Below are positions 1 to 11,500 of a DNA stretch of 64,000 nt, in pieces. Location of the stretch: the NCBI GenBank assembly GCA_951406725.2, contig OX597818.1:22258001-22322000 (forward strand), in the 5' to 3' direction. The notes under the pieces are model-generated. The model ran no database searches. It was given only the letters and a program-made list of their open reading frames with translations, and had not been told where the DNA came from. Positions within the stretch are counted from its first letter, which is position 1. Each line of letters begins with the position of its first letter. The stretch comes from Octopus vulgaris (lineage: Eukaryota). The position numbers were made by a program, and so were the translations under genes.

Positions 1-135
1 GTATGTGTCTGTGTATGTATACATATATATATATATATATATACATACTCACACATACATACGTACGTACATACATACAAACATGCATACATACATACAT
101 ATGTGCGTGTGTGTTTATATGTATGTATGTATGCA
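1..135. repeat. compound (TA)n/(TACA)n/(GTAT)n microsatellite
   Basis: Directly visible simple repeats. Confidence 0.9.
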
Positions 136-137
136 TG

Positions 138-192
138 CAGGACTGGCACTTTGGCAGTCACCCGGGGCGCCAGCAACCCTAAATCGGCCTTG
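138..192. mobile_element. tiny hAT-like MITE remnant
   Basis: Ends CAGGACTG...CGGCCTTG (cf. CAGGGCCG/CGGCCCTG hAT-type TIRs), flanked by tatgcatg/tatgtatg 8-mers inside a microsatellite. Confidence 0.3.
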
Positions 193-204
193 TATGTATG
201 TATG

Positions 205-400
205 TAGAATCTCTGCTTTGTTCCAGTCGTTGCTCAACGGCCTTGCTGGGGCCCCGCCTTGAGAAGTTTAATTGAACAAATCAATCCCACTACTTATTTG
301 TTTCATGCCTGGAACTTATTCTGTCCGTCTCTTTAGCTGATTCGCTAAGTTACATAAAGAAACCTATTCCAGTCGTCAAGCGGTTGGGGATACACACACA
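205..400 (-). mobile_element. SINE family B, diverged 3' half
   Basis: Similar to the 3' half of the copy at 41640-42000 (cttgtttcagtc...gctggagcacc...acttattct...gtcaagc). Confidence 0.6.
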
Positions 401-449
401 CACCCATCCATCTAAACAAACAAACAAATAAACAAACATAGACATACAC

Positions 450-780
450 AACTTCTCACTTTTACCGCCTTTCCTAGACGTCTTTAACGCCATAGTTCTC
501 GTCTTACAGTTCAAGGGGCATAAATGTAAAAGGAAATAGTGTTTATTTTGGAATAGTTTCCCCTTCCGGTAATATGACTTTGTTGCTCTTGTGTAGTTTA
601 TCAAAATCCGTCATGTATATACTCACGTATAAGCAATATGCTGTGTAGCATGTTACAGTTCACTTATTTGTAAATTATCGGTAAATAATGCCATCACATT
701 TTATGAAAACGGCGGTACCTATTTAAGTATCGAATTGGAAACCTGAGTTACCTCCCCTATCTTTATCGCAAGAAAGTAGT
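450..780. promoter_or_regulatory. candidate promoter / first-exon region (possibly of the zinc-finger gene, possibly bidirectional)
   Basis: Unique CpG-containing sequence; ETS-like CTTCCGG 563-569; YY1-like AAAACGGCGG ~706-715; neighbouring SINEs keep their CpGs; candidate donors on + (cg|gtaaat ~680) and - (ac|gtgagt ~626). Confidence 0.4.
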
Positions 781-1168
781 TTCAAATTTTGCTACAAAGG
801 CAACCATGTTGGGAGGAGGGGATAAGTTGATTACATCGACTCCAGTGATTCACTGGTACTTAACCCATTAAGTCCCACTGTCCTATAAATAGGACATTAA
901 ATGAGAACATTAAATAAGCTATACCACATTGTCTCAGATTTTTTTAAAAAATTTTTTATTTTAACCTATTTTCAATCATTTGTAAAAATTTGAAAGTAAT
1001 ATTCAGAAATTTAAGTACTCTGGGACTTAATGGGTTAATTTATCGACCCCCAAAAGGATGAAAGGCAATGTCGACCTGGACGGTATTTGAACTCAGATTT
1101 TAATGACGGGCGAAATACTGATAAGCATTTCACCCGGCGTGCTAACGATTCTGCCGGTTCGCCACCTT
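780..1168 (-). mobile_element. tRNA-derived SINE family A, interrupted by a MITE
   Basis: Reverse complement of ggcg(g/a)gctggcagaatcgttagc...gttctgagttcaaat...ctttcatcc...gtcgat; dozens of copies in window. Confidence 0.85.
864..1034. mobile_element. piggyBac-type MITE (171 bp)
   Basis: TTAA duplicated at 860-863 and 1035-1038; perfect 14-bp TIRs CCCATTAAGTCCCA / TGGGACTTAATGGG; removal restores SINE ggtacTTAAtttatcgac. Confidence 0.85.
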
Positions 1169-1365
1169 AGAAAATGCTAAATAATGATTTTTTAATATTG
1201 TTCAACTACACGTCCTGATCAAAAGTGTTACAGCTCTGAGCATCCCGTCTCTTGATGGGGATGTCTGCGAGACATGATGTAATATTATTCCCTTAAAAAA
1301 TAAAATGGCACAGTGTGATTCAAGGAAGATTTGGTTGCCAATTCTTAGGCCGCATCTTCCAATTT

Positions 1366-1432
1366 CTTCTTCTTCTTCTCTTCTTCTTCTTCTTCTTCTT
1401 CTTCTTCTTCTTCTTCTTCTTTCTTCTCTTCT
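1366..1432. repeat. (CTT)n microsatellite
   Basis: Directly visible. Confidence 0.95.
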
Positions 1433-1447
1433 TTGTGAACTGTCTCT

Positions 1448-1650
1448 AAGGCAGCAAGCTAAGGCAGAAACAGCACGCCAGGCAAAATGCTTAGCAGTAT
1501 TTCCTCAGCCGCTATGTTCTGAGTTCAAATTCCGCCGAGGTCAACTTTGTCTTTCATCCTTTCAGGGTCAATAAATTAAATACCAGGGGTCAATGGGATC
1601 GACTTACCCCATCCCCCAAAATTTCAGGCCTTGCGCCTGTAATAGAAAGG

Positions 1651-1680
<30 letters not shown>
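1448..1680 (+). mobile_element. SINE family A with (ATT)n tail
   Basis: aaggcagcaagct...gagttcaaattccgccgaggtcaac...tagaaaggattattatt. Confidence 0.85.
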
Positions 1681-1683
<3 letters not shown>

Positions 1684-2589
1684 TAGTATATTTTTTATAG
1701 CGTGCTTTCACTTCACTACTGAGCGAAGCTCTGTGTGCCTTGGATATGTGCTGTGATTTGTTGTGATGCTTTGATGGTTATTGTATGGAAAGTGTTCTGC
1801 GTAGGATGTGTGCAGTGCCTAGTAGTGCAATTTTCTGTATGTTATATGTGTTTGTAAGTCCTGGTGTTTTTGTTATGTATTTTTCTGAATATTTTTTTAT
1901 CATGCCTAATGCACCTATTATGATAGGAATTGTTTCTGTTTTTAGATTCCACATTCTGGTTACCTCTATATCCAGGTCTTTGTATTTTGAAAGTTTCTCC
2001 ATTTCTTTTAGAGACACGTTGTCATCCGCTGGTATTGATACATCAATTACAAAAAATTTTTTTTCTTCATGATCTCTGACAACTATATCTGGTCTGTTGG
2101 ATATTGGCATATCCCAGAGTATGGTTGCTTTCTCGTTTCCTGTGACCTTTTCTGGTGTGTGCCTATACCATCTTTTTTCTGTTGTTATTCCATAATGTTG
2201 GCATAGTTTCCAGTGTATATAGGTCCCAACTCTGTCGTGTCTGTGAATATATTCCTTCTTAGCCAGGACTGGGCAGCCAGAGATAATATGATTTATTGTT
2301 TCTTGTCCATCTCCACATATTTTGCAGTTACTTGTAATATTTCTTTTCATTACATGTTTTTGGTAATTTCTGGTGGGGAGGCTTTGGTCTTGTGCTGCAA
2401 TTAAAAATCTTTCTGTCTCTGCTTTGAGTCTTGGGCTTCTCAGCCATTGTTGGGATTTTTCTTTGTCTATTTCTTTTGCATTTAGTTTAGTCCAGTATTT
2501 GCCATGAAGGGGCTTTTCTTGCCATCGTTTTATCATGGTTCATTGCTGTTCTATTTTTAGTTTGGATTTCATTTGTTTTATTATTATTG

Positions 2590-2590
<1 letters not shown>
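1681..2590 (-). mobile_element. 5'-truncated R4/Dong-clade non-LTR retrotransposon (CCHC knuckle + restriction-like endonuclease)
   Basis: ORF 1778-2536: CKIC...ETINHIISGC, HRHD, WD...RPDIVV, IDVSIP...EKLSKYKDL; flanked on both sides by (TAA)n, the known Dong target. Confidence 0.85.
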
Positions 2591-2637
<47 letters not shown>

Positions 2638-2652
2638 TATTATTTTTATTAT

Positions 2653-3745
2653 GAAGGCAGTGAGCTGGTAGAATCGTTAGTATACCGGGCAAAATACTTA
2701 GTGGTATTTCGCCTGTTGATACATTGTGAGTTAAAATTCCACCTAGGTTGACTTTACCTTTCATCCTTTCCGGGTCAATAAATTAAGTACCAGTGAAACA
2801 CTGGAGTCGATATAACTGATTAGTTCCCTCCCTAAAAATTTCAGGCCTTGTGCCTTTAGAAGAAAGAATTATTATTATTGAGGCGGAGAGCTGGCAGAAT
2901 CGTTAGTACACCAGGCAAAATGCTTATCCACCTTTATGTTTTGAGTCCATATTCTAACTTTGACTTTTATCCTTTAGGGATTGATAAAATAAGTACCAGT
3001 TGGGCCCTGGGATCGATGTAATTGATTTACCCTCTCCCCGAAATTACTGGTCCTGTACCAAAACTTGAAACCATTATTATTTTTGCCTTACATTTCTAAG
3101 TATTTATAAGATGAGGATGATGATGATAATTATAATTATAATAATCCTTTCTACTATAAGCACAAGGCCTGAATTTTTTATAGGAGACAGCTAGTTAATT
3201 ACATTAGCTCCAGTACTCAACTGGTGTGTATTTTATCTAGCACAAAAGGATGAAAGGAAAAGTCGACCTTGGTAGCATTTGAACTCAGAATTTAAAAGAG
3301 TTAGAAAAAAATACTGCTAAGCTCAACAAGCTCATTTTATACAGAGCTCAGGTAAACTGCAGCAATAATTTCTAATATAGTCACAAGGCCATCAATTTGC
3401 AAGGAAGAACATAGTCGTTTAAATTAATGCTAATAGTTGACATGCACTAATCATCTAACAAAGAAAACTCAGCATGGTTGTTCACTCATATTATTATTAT
3501 TATTATTTTTACTATTCAGATAGCAAACTGGCAGAGTTGTTTGCTCATTTGAGAAAATTCTTAGTGGAATATCATTTGCCACTTAACATTCGAAGTTTAA
3601 ATTCCACTGAGGCTTACTTTGCCTTTCATCCTTTTGGGTTTGATAAAATATGTACAATTTGAGCACTGGGGTCTTAAGTAATTGATTATTCCCCTTCCCC
3701 AAAATTGCTGGCCTTTTTACAAAATTTCTAGAAATTATCATTATT
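2653..3745. mobile_element. cluster of SINE family A copies (+2653-2878, +2880-3080, -3140-3330, +3520-3745)
   Basis: Repeated SINE head/body with ATT tails. Confidence 0.8.
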
Positions 3746-3749
3746 ATTA

Positions 3750-3954
3750 TTACGTTGGTGCATAATTATTGCGGCTTTTTTTCAATAAATTTTATTCAAC
3801 AAAATATTTAAACAAAACGCCAAGCAGTAATTGAAGTAGATGGTGAATATGCTCCAGAATAATCATTTAAAGATGTTTTTGTTAAATGTTGTTATTGTTT
3901 TTGTTGAATAAAATTTATTGAAAAAAACGTCATAATAATTATACACCAACCTAA
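3750..3954. mobile_element. mariner-derived MITE (Hsmar1/MADE1-like TIR)
   Basis: TA duplication 3748-49/3955-56; ~50-bp TIRs TTACGTTGGTGCATAATTATTGCGG.../...ATAATTATACACCAACCTAA; internal transposase C-terminus QAVIEVDGEYAPE*. Confidence 0.8.
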
Positions 3955-3956
3955 TA

Positions 3957-4175
3957 CTAATGGTGAGCTTAAAGAATTGTTAGCATATCAGACAAAATGC
4001 AAAATGCATTTTTTCTGGCTCATAACATTCTGACTTCAAATTCTGCAGAAGTCAACTTTGCCTTTCATCCTTTCAAGGTCAAGAAATCAAAGTACCAATC
4101 AAGTATAAGGTATCAATGTAATTCACTTATCTCTTCCTTAAAATTGTTGGCTTTGTGACAAAATTTGAGACCACC
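3957..4175 (+). mobile_element. SINE family A (diverged)
   Basis: tggtgagc...ttctgacttcaaattctgcagaagtcaactttgcctttcatcc. Confidence 0.75.
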
Positions 4176-4350
4176 ACTGCCGCTGCCACCATTATTAAGG
4201 TGGTGAGCTGACAGAACATTTACATGTCTGCTAATTACCTTGATTTCTAATAATAATATTGGTGATGATGATGATGCCGATGTTGACAACAATGCTAATG
4301 CTGACAAATTTCATTCATTACCTACTTATGTTTTCTTTTATTTATTTCAG

Positions 4351-5759
4351 ATTATTTAAACAAACGTGTTGTGCACTTGAAGAAAAAAGATTCTGTAACA
4401 GATTTTTCTGTACATTACCTACCTTCCCCTGCCCTTCAGAAAATTTTAATCCAAAATAGCATTATGGATTCAGTCAGTCAAAATATTGCTGATTCCTCAC
4501 TAACACCAAAGAATTTCAGCAGAAGCTTTAACCAAGATATGATCACTAGTCAGAACAGAAATGATCCTTGCAAGTTCTATGGTATATCATATACTGAAAC
4601 TGCTTGTGCTGTATCTGCATATATTCCACCAGCATCACATCCTTTGATACCCTCACAGTCATTGGATAATAATGGAAGTTTAATGATATCAGTTACTTCA
4701 CAGTCAGTACATACTGGAGTGCTGCCTGCATTACCGGATGCATCTTTACAACCTTCATCTAATTCAAAGGCAATAAATTCGAAAAAATTAGATCAGCCCA
4801 GGCCATACAACTGCCATTTTTGTTCAAAGAAATTTTCACAGTCCGGTCACTTAACAAAACATCTCCGAGTTCATACTGGTGAGAAACCTTATGAGTGCAC
4901 TTTCTGCAAAAAGCGGTTTTCTCAGTCAAATAATCTTACTGCACATATGCGTACACATACTGCCGAGAAACCTTATGAATGCCCTTGTTGTGGACTTGCC
5001 TTTTCTCGATCTGACAACCTTGCAACCCATGTTAGGACACATACTGGTGAAAAATGTTTCCCTTGTACGATGTGTCCTAAATCTTTTTCTCACTCTGGTA
5101 ACCTCACCGAACACATCAAAACACACACAGGAGAAAAACCATTTGAATGTGAATACTGCAACAAGAAATTTTCACAGTCAGGCCATCTTACCAAACACCT
5201 CAGGATTCACAAGGGAGAAAAACCCTTTACATGTAACTTCTGCTCAAAAGCATTTTCCCAGTCAAATAACCTAACTGTACACTTGAGAATCCATACTGCA
5301 GAACGACCGTTTTTATGCAACTTTTGTTCAAGCACATTCCCACGTTCTGACTCTTTAAAGAGACATTTACGTGTGCATTCTGGAGAACGTATTTATGAAT
5401 GTAATCATTGTGAGAAAACATTCTCTCATGCAGGGAATTTGAGTGAACACTTGAAGACACACACGGGGGAAAAGCCTTATGCATGTACACTTTGTGAGAA
5501 GAAATTTGTGCAGTCAGGACACTTAACAAAACATCTTAGAACACACACAGGGGAAAAACCATTTTCATGTTCAGTTTGTAAGAAATCCTTCATACAATCA
5601 GGACACCTATCAAAACACATGAAAATTCATCAAAAAGACAGTTTATATCTTGGTACATGTAGTAAGGATTCGAGTTCCACAGATCCCCCAGAAGCTCTAA
5701 CAGAGCCTCCAACATCAGAGAGTGTGTGTGCAGAAACACAGCCCACAATATCGTTATAA
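4351..5759 (+). CDS. C2H2 zinc-finger protein, 10 tandem fingers (terminal coding exon; first ATG at 4464)
   Basis: Acceptor ttttcttttatttatttcag|4351, frame open from the acceptor (phase 1); ten CxxC-x12-HxxxH units at 4806-5630 with TGEKP-type linkers; stop at 5757-5759; no KRAB/BTB/SCAN domain visible. Confidence 0.95.
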
Positions 5760-7070
5760 AAAGAAATGCTGGCAAACTGAAAGAGATTCTATTTAATGTA
5801 TTCAATATTTATGGCAATTAGTTGTGTAAGAAAGTCTGTTTAATTGCCTTTTATGCAATTACAACATTAAAAAAGCTAACCAGTTGAAAAATTATCTGGG
5901 TAATACTTGGTGTATGCATTACAAAAATCCCTACTCTCTCAGTTTTTTGTTACTTTTGTTTATTTGTGTTGTATTTTGTTAGATAAACCTCACTTTTTTC
6001 TGGTTAAGAAGTATATATGACCCTATAGATAAAGTTGTATATTAGAAGTTAATGAATTATTTAAACTGATCATCATACAAAAGACACACTGTTTATTTTT
6101 TTGAAACCTTAGAATATATCAGAATATTTTGTTATTGTCCAATGAAAAAAAAAAGGTAAATATAAATTAAATCAACCAGCTCAGTCATAGTGTATGTGTG
6201 TACATATTTACTAAGAGTGCCCATACAAATTTACAGGAAATGTGAAAATAAATTAAAAAAAGGTACCATATGACACACATAAAACCCATACCCTCTATTT
6301 ATTGCCCTGATAGATTAACAAATTATGCTGCCAGCATTCCACTGTTTCTCAGTACAACAAGTTATACCATATGGTTAAATTACTTCCATTTTTTAGTGCA
6401 TCTGTATTTGTTTATTAACATATATCACTTCTCATAAACTAATGTAAATCGATAAGATGTTCATTAGCTAATCTTTATATCTATTTCCTAGTTACATTAT
6501 CCCAAAATGGAGACCATTTAGCCAATGTATACAACTCTCAAAACAAATACTTGATATATTCTACTTTTTAAAAATTAAATGGTTTATAGCTAATTTTCCA
6601 TTCTTGTATGAACCAAATACTTTAGTTGTTGGATCAACTGTTTTTATAGCCAGCTGAGGCTTTTCCCACTGTTGGCAACTTCAAATTTGAAGTGGGGAGT
6701 TTAGTCAAGTAATAGCTATAGCAAGATCTGAAATTTCAACTGTTTTTCATTTCTTTCAGTTTGATTGGTCTGGAGGAAAAGGTTGTGCCATCATCAATTT
6801 TAACATTTCTCTTAAGCAGTTGCAAGCTGATAGTTGTCAGTAGTCCTAAACCTTAACTGCACAGCAATTGTATTGTCTTGATAAATGGTACATAAATTAT
6901 ATAATGAGTTAAATCAAATGAAGATTATTCACTGAATGTATTCACATCAAATTATTTCTATTCTGTTTGTAACTTTCATGTCTCTGTTCTTGTTTGTATT
7001 TAATATTTACTAATGTATTTGTTGAAAAGAGTTTAAATAACCCTTTAATTTATGGATTGGAAATAATCTT
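5760..7070 (+). other. probable 3' UTR of zinc-finger gene
   Basis: AT-rich, largely repeat-free stretch after the stop; ATTAAA at ~5866 and ~6166, AATAAA at ~6247; true end unknown. Confidence 0.45.
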
Positions 7071-7149
7071 ATATAACGTATGTGTGTGTGTGTGTGTCTT
7101 TAAAATGTACGATGGGTGAAAATTTAAGGTGGACAATTACTGATTAAAT

Positions 7150-8560
7150 GGTCATAAGCTCAGACCTTATTACCATAACTATTTCTTTTAGTGATTTTGG
7201 CTATGAAACATAATGCTACTGCTTTGCTAATGAACAGGTACCATACCTATTACACCTTTATTTGAGACCTACTTTATGTTAACCACTCGGAGCAACAACA
7301 CTTCTTTCACTAAATTTCTCAAGAGCAAGAGCTTTTAAGAAATTTAGTGAAAGTAGTGTTGTCATTGATTCCAGTAAAGCTTTGTTCCTTATCTGGCAAA
7401 TTTCCTACTGTCTGTGGGCTCCATCTATCTCTTATCTCTTGAATTGGTAACAACTTCCTGTCACATCATACCCACATAGTGTGTGCTGATGGAGCTCTCA
7501 CAAACACAAATTCTATCAATACTGCAACTTTTTTATTTACACATTAATGACCTACTCTGCTATCACCTCTAACAAGGTCCTCTCCTTTGTTGATGATACA
7601 ACCCTTCAATTTTCTCTAACCTTCCACACTCAAGCATCATTCATACATAACTTAGACACATCATGCCAAATCTGCCCCAACACCATGAACAGAGATTTCA
7701 AAAACATCTTCTATTGGAGCCATGCCAATTTCATCTCCTTCATCAGCACAAAAACACTACTTACACTCATCAAGAAAACATTATTACAACAACCATCACA
7801 TAAGGACCATCAAAGTCCCTACAAATGCTAGATGGAAGATCTCTTCTGCCAAACACACCTTTAACAACAAGACTGCATTATAAAGAATGGCTTTTCACTT
7901 CAGAGCCAGTACAATATTTATTTCTTCATTGCCCACCAGGGGCTAAACACAGAGGAGACAAACAAAGACAGACAAAGGGATTAAGTCGATTACATCGACT
8001 CCAGAACACAACTGGTACTTATTTAATTGATTCTGAAAGGATGAAAGGCAAAGTTAACCTTGGCGATATTTGAACTCAGAACGTAACAGCAGACGAAATA
8101 ATGCTTAGCATTTTGCTTGATGTGTTAATGATTCTGCCAGCTCGCCACCTTTGAGCCAGTAAAATATTTCAACCTCCAACAACTACTGATTTTGTGAAAA
8201 GTTCAAGTGTGACTCACAATAATGCACTACACCCATATCTAGGATGATGCTACTACTACATATACAAACATCCTAGACTGCATATAAAAATGGTTACTTA
8301 ATAATTAACATGAAATCATTTACTAACACACTCCAGTTTCTGACACAAATACTTGCTGTTTCCTCTGTGCTTACCTGCCACAACTACAATAGCATCTGCT
8401 CCTTGAAACTGACTGCTGTTGTGCCAACTAACCCTGATTCACACACACCTCATCTGCTCATCACCCATATTGCACTCTCCCTTTCTCACTTACCAGTGCA
8501 CCCACTTCAACCTCTTTAGAACCCCAGTCCACTGGAATTCTTTCTGTAAACATGTATTTT
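7150..8560 (+). mobile_element. degenerate CR1/Jockey-group LINE (RT remnant)
   Basis: Broken frames give VIDSSKALFLIW (cf. DxxKAFDxVxH), HINDLL, SFVDDTTL (YADD box). Confidence 0.65.
7920..8152 (-). mobile_element. SINE family A variant with 17-bp TSD
   Basis: TSD gagccagta(c/a)aatattt at 7903-7919 and 8153-8169. Confidence 0.85.
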
Positions 8561-11500
8561 CTTGCAGCAATCAGTTTGCAATATTAACTGCATTGATGTC
8601 ATTGACCTTGGAATGCAGACCACAGACATAGTCACCACCAATAAGAAAAAAATTAAATGATTAGTTACTTGTAAAGCATCCTGCATTAAAATACAAATTT
8701 ACAAAAACCATCCTACAGTAAAAATAAATAATGATTGTTACAAAATATTTGTTCAATGGTTTGTATTCATGACCATTTAATCAGGATTCCAAGAACTTAA
8801 TTCCAGTCATTGTACCTACTCACCCAAAATATATGGTTTATTATTTGCTAGTCTCTTTAAATGGAAGACTTTGACACAAACTGTTTACCTTGCTGTGAAT
8901 ATTGTTGTTGTTGAGTGGCTCTAGTTCAGTTTCTAATTTTGGTACAGCATTCCAATTTGTGGTAGTGGACCAAGCATGATACTTGGTTTAACACCAGCAA
9001 ATATTCTATGAATGTCTTCAGAAAAGTTTATTCTGGTATTATCTCTCCCTCACTGCACCCTTTTTCCTGTTGCTGTTCAGGATGAACATCGGTCGCATCA
9101 GCCTCACCAAATGTTAAAAGATCTGCAGTGAGTATGGGCACTGCTCTCCTTTTAACTAACTAATTTCGATTTTACTTTTTATTTATATTAACTGTTGAAA
9201 TCTGGAAATGTGTTTGTTATGCACAACTCTGATTGTGTGCACACCTAGGATAAAAGGCATTTTAGTTATGACTATTTTTTTTTTTCAAAAGATGTAATAG
9301 GACTGTATTTCCTAAGATGGTCTTTTCAAACGGTAGGTTGTTATTTGTGGAAAATTCGCCTGCCATTTGTAACAGCTCTACGACCATGTAGATCAGGCAT
9401 GAGTAGCATTTTTCGCGAACTGGATCACGTGGGAGATGGCTCATCATCATACGGACCATACTACTAAAGAATTTAAAAGTAATTTTTCGTTTTACATGCC
9501 GTTCAGAAAGTCCCACTGGTCGCTTGTTGGCCATAACTAATGTAACTGTCAAATCATCTTGAGTCAGTTAGAATTGCAGGGAAGATAACTTTTCAACTGC
9601 AACGTAACTAATTTGAAAAATGCTTTCCTAATTTCTCCGGAAAAAATTATCTTCTTTTTATTTTCAGCGTATTGACTAGACTGAAGCAAAGATGGAAAAA
9701 AAAAAAAATAATAATTGTTAAAACAACGAAATTATTATATGAGTAAGGTATAATTTTTTTAAAGTCAGTAATTAATAGAGTTAAATACGCAGAGAAAAGG
9801 AATAGAATGACAGAAGAAAGTCAAAGTTCATATAAATATTATAAAGTTATTAATATTTTAAGTCGCTTGATAAGTTATAACGTGACTTGTGCAAAATAAT
9901 ATACATATAATGGCATGACAGGTTTGGTGGGGTGGGATGGAAATCACCTTTATTCAACAACTTAAATAAAACAATAATAAAATAAATTATTACATTAAAT
10001 CACACATCAAGGAAATTTTCAGGTATTTTTGCTTTTTTTTTTATTATTAAATTTGCAAATATTTTTTAATGAAAGATTTGGTGAAACAAATTCCTATGTT
10101 TATTGAATTAGTAAAGTTATTTCCCCTGAAATATCTTTGGTCCAGAAATATCAAAGTGAACTCCAGCTTCCCCTCCCCCTTTCTTCTAAATTACATATGC
10201 ATTTGGAGAAAATGGATAGCATGCATGATAATTATCAAAAGCGGTTAAGAGTTTATCACGGGTACCATGTTGCACCTGTGAGCAAACCATCTTAACTTCG
10301 AATGATCGCGTTCGCCTTATTTTAAGTGTATCTCATGCATTATTCACTGCAAGAATTTCCTATTGTAGTTCTCTGTAGTGGTTTACCACAATTGTTTACT
10401 GTTGTAGTTCACTGATATGGTTCACCAATGTAGTATAATTGCAAAAAAATCGATGAGCGTTACATTTGTTTGCAATGTCGAAATTGAACTATAACAGTGA
10501 CCCCCCCCAAAAAAAAGAGGGGAAACAAGCAAACAAGCACTGTCTTTCTTCACAAGAATGGAAGTTTGGGATATAGAGATATAGTCATCAACTTGTCCCA
10601 TCCCCATAAAACACAAACTCTGTACAAACCAGTGAACCAAGGTCTTGTATTCTCTCAGCCTTGTCTCCTTCAATGTGTTTCAAGGTAAGGAGAAAGTCGG
10701 GGTTCTGTTGAAATGAATATCATTGAATATGGATATTTGCTTAACCACTCATTATCACCAGTATCTGTCACTGTGTTTTTTAAAAAAATGTTATTGTTTA
10801 GTTGTTTGTTGATAGACAGTACCCTGTGGGTTTTGCTAAGCCTCCCACAAGAATATTAAGGGCAGGTGTCCCAGTTTTTATGTTTTTTTTTTAATTTTTG
10901 TTTGTCAGAACATGTAGAGTCAATAATTCAGTGACTCTGACTGCTGGAAATGGCAGATACATCTCCTTCAACTCAAACCCTACTGTTTTTGAAAATTAAA
11001 GAAGACATTAGTTAATATAATCTAGAAACAGTTATTGCTATATGAGACCCAGCAACAAATAAAGAATATAATAGATGCTGATATTGTGAGGAATGTAACA
11101 TAAATCCATTTTCTTCTTCTTATCCTTAGTTTTCATTATATCCATAATATCATCATTAACACACGACTGAAACTTCCTGTTTACCATTTGTTGTTGCTTA
11201 ATCCAAAGTCAGTCATGATTGAGCAGACCTATGATCAATGACATTCAGACTGTAATCATATTATCTTTTTTTTTTTTAAATATATAATATATCCAAGACT
11301 GCATTATCCTGGATACATAAGTCCTCTTCCCTTTTTAAATTGCTGAGATTGTTGAGTATGATTTACCAAAAATTTGGCTATTATTATAAAACAGATCAAG
11401 CAACAGTATAGAGCTCCTCATGACTCGAGTTTGTTCATGAAAATGTGAGGGCTGTGAATACTGTGTGAATAAATTATCAGATAACCACTTGAGCGATAAG

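Noticed and set aside
4879-5805. Alternative-frame and antisense ORFs over the zinc-finger exon
   Set aside because: Shadow frames of the real CDS
9390-9452. Minus-strand C/D-box-like motif pair (ATGATGA...CTGA)
   Set aside because: No convincing terminal stem and no rRNA/snRNA complement recognised at the guide positions
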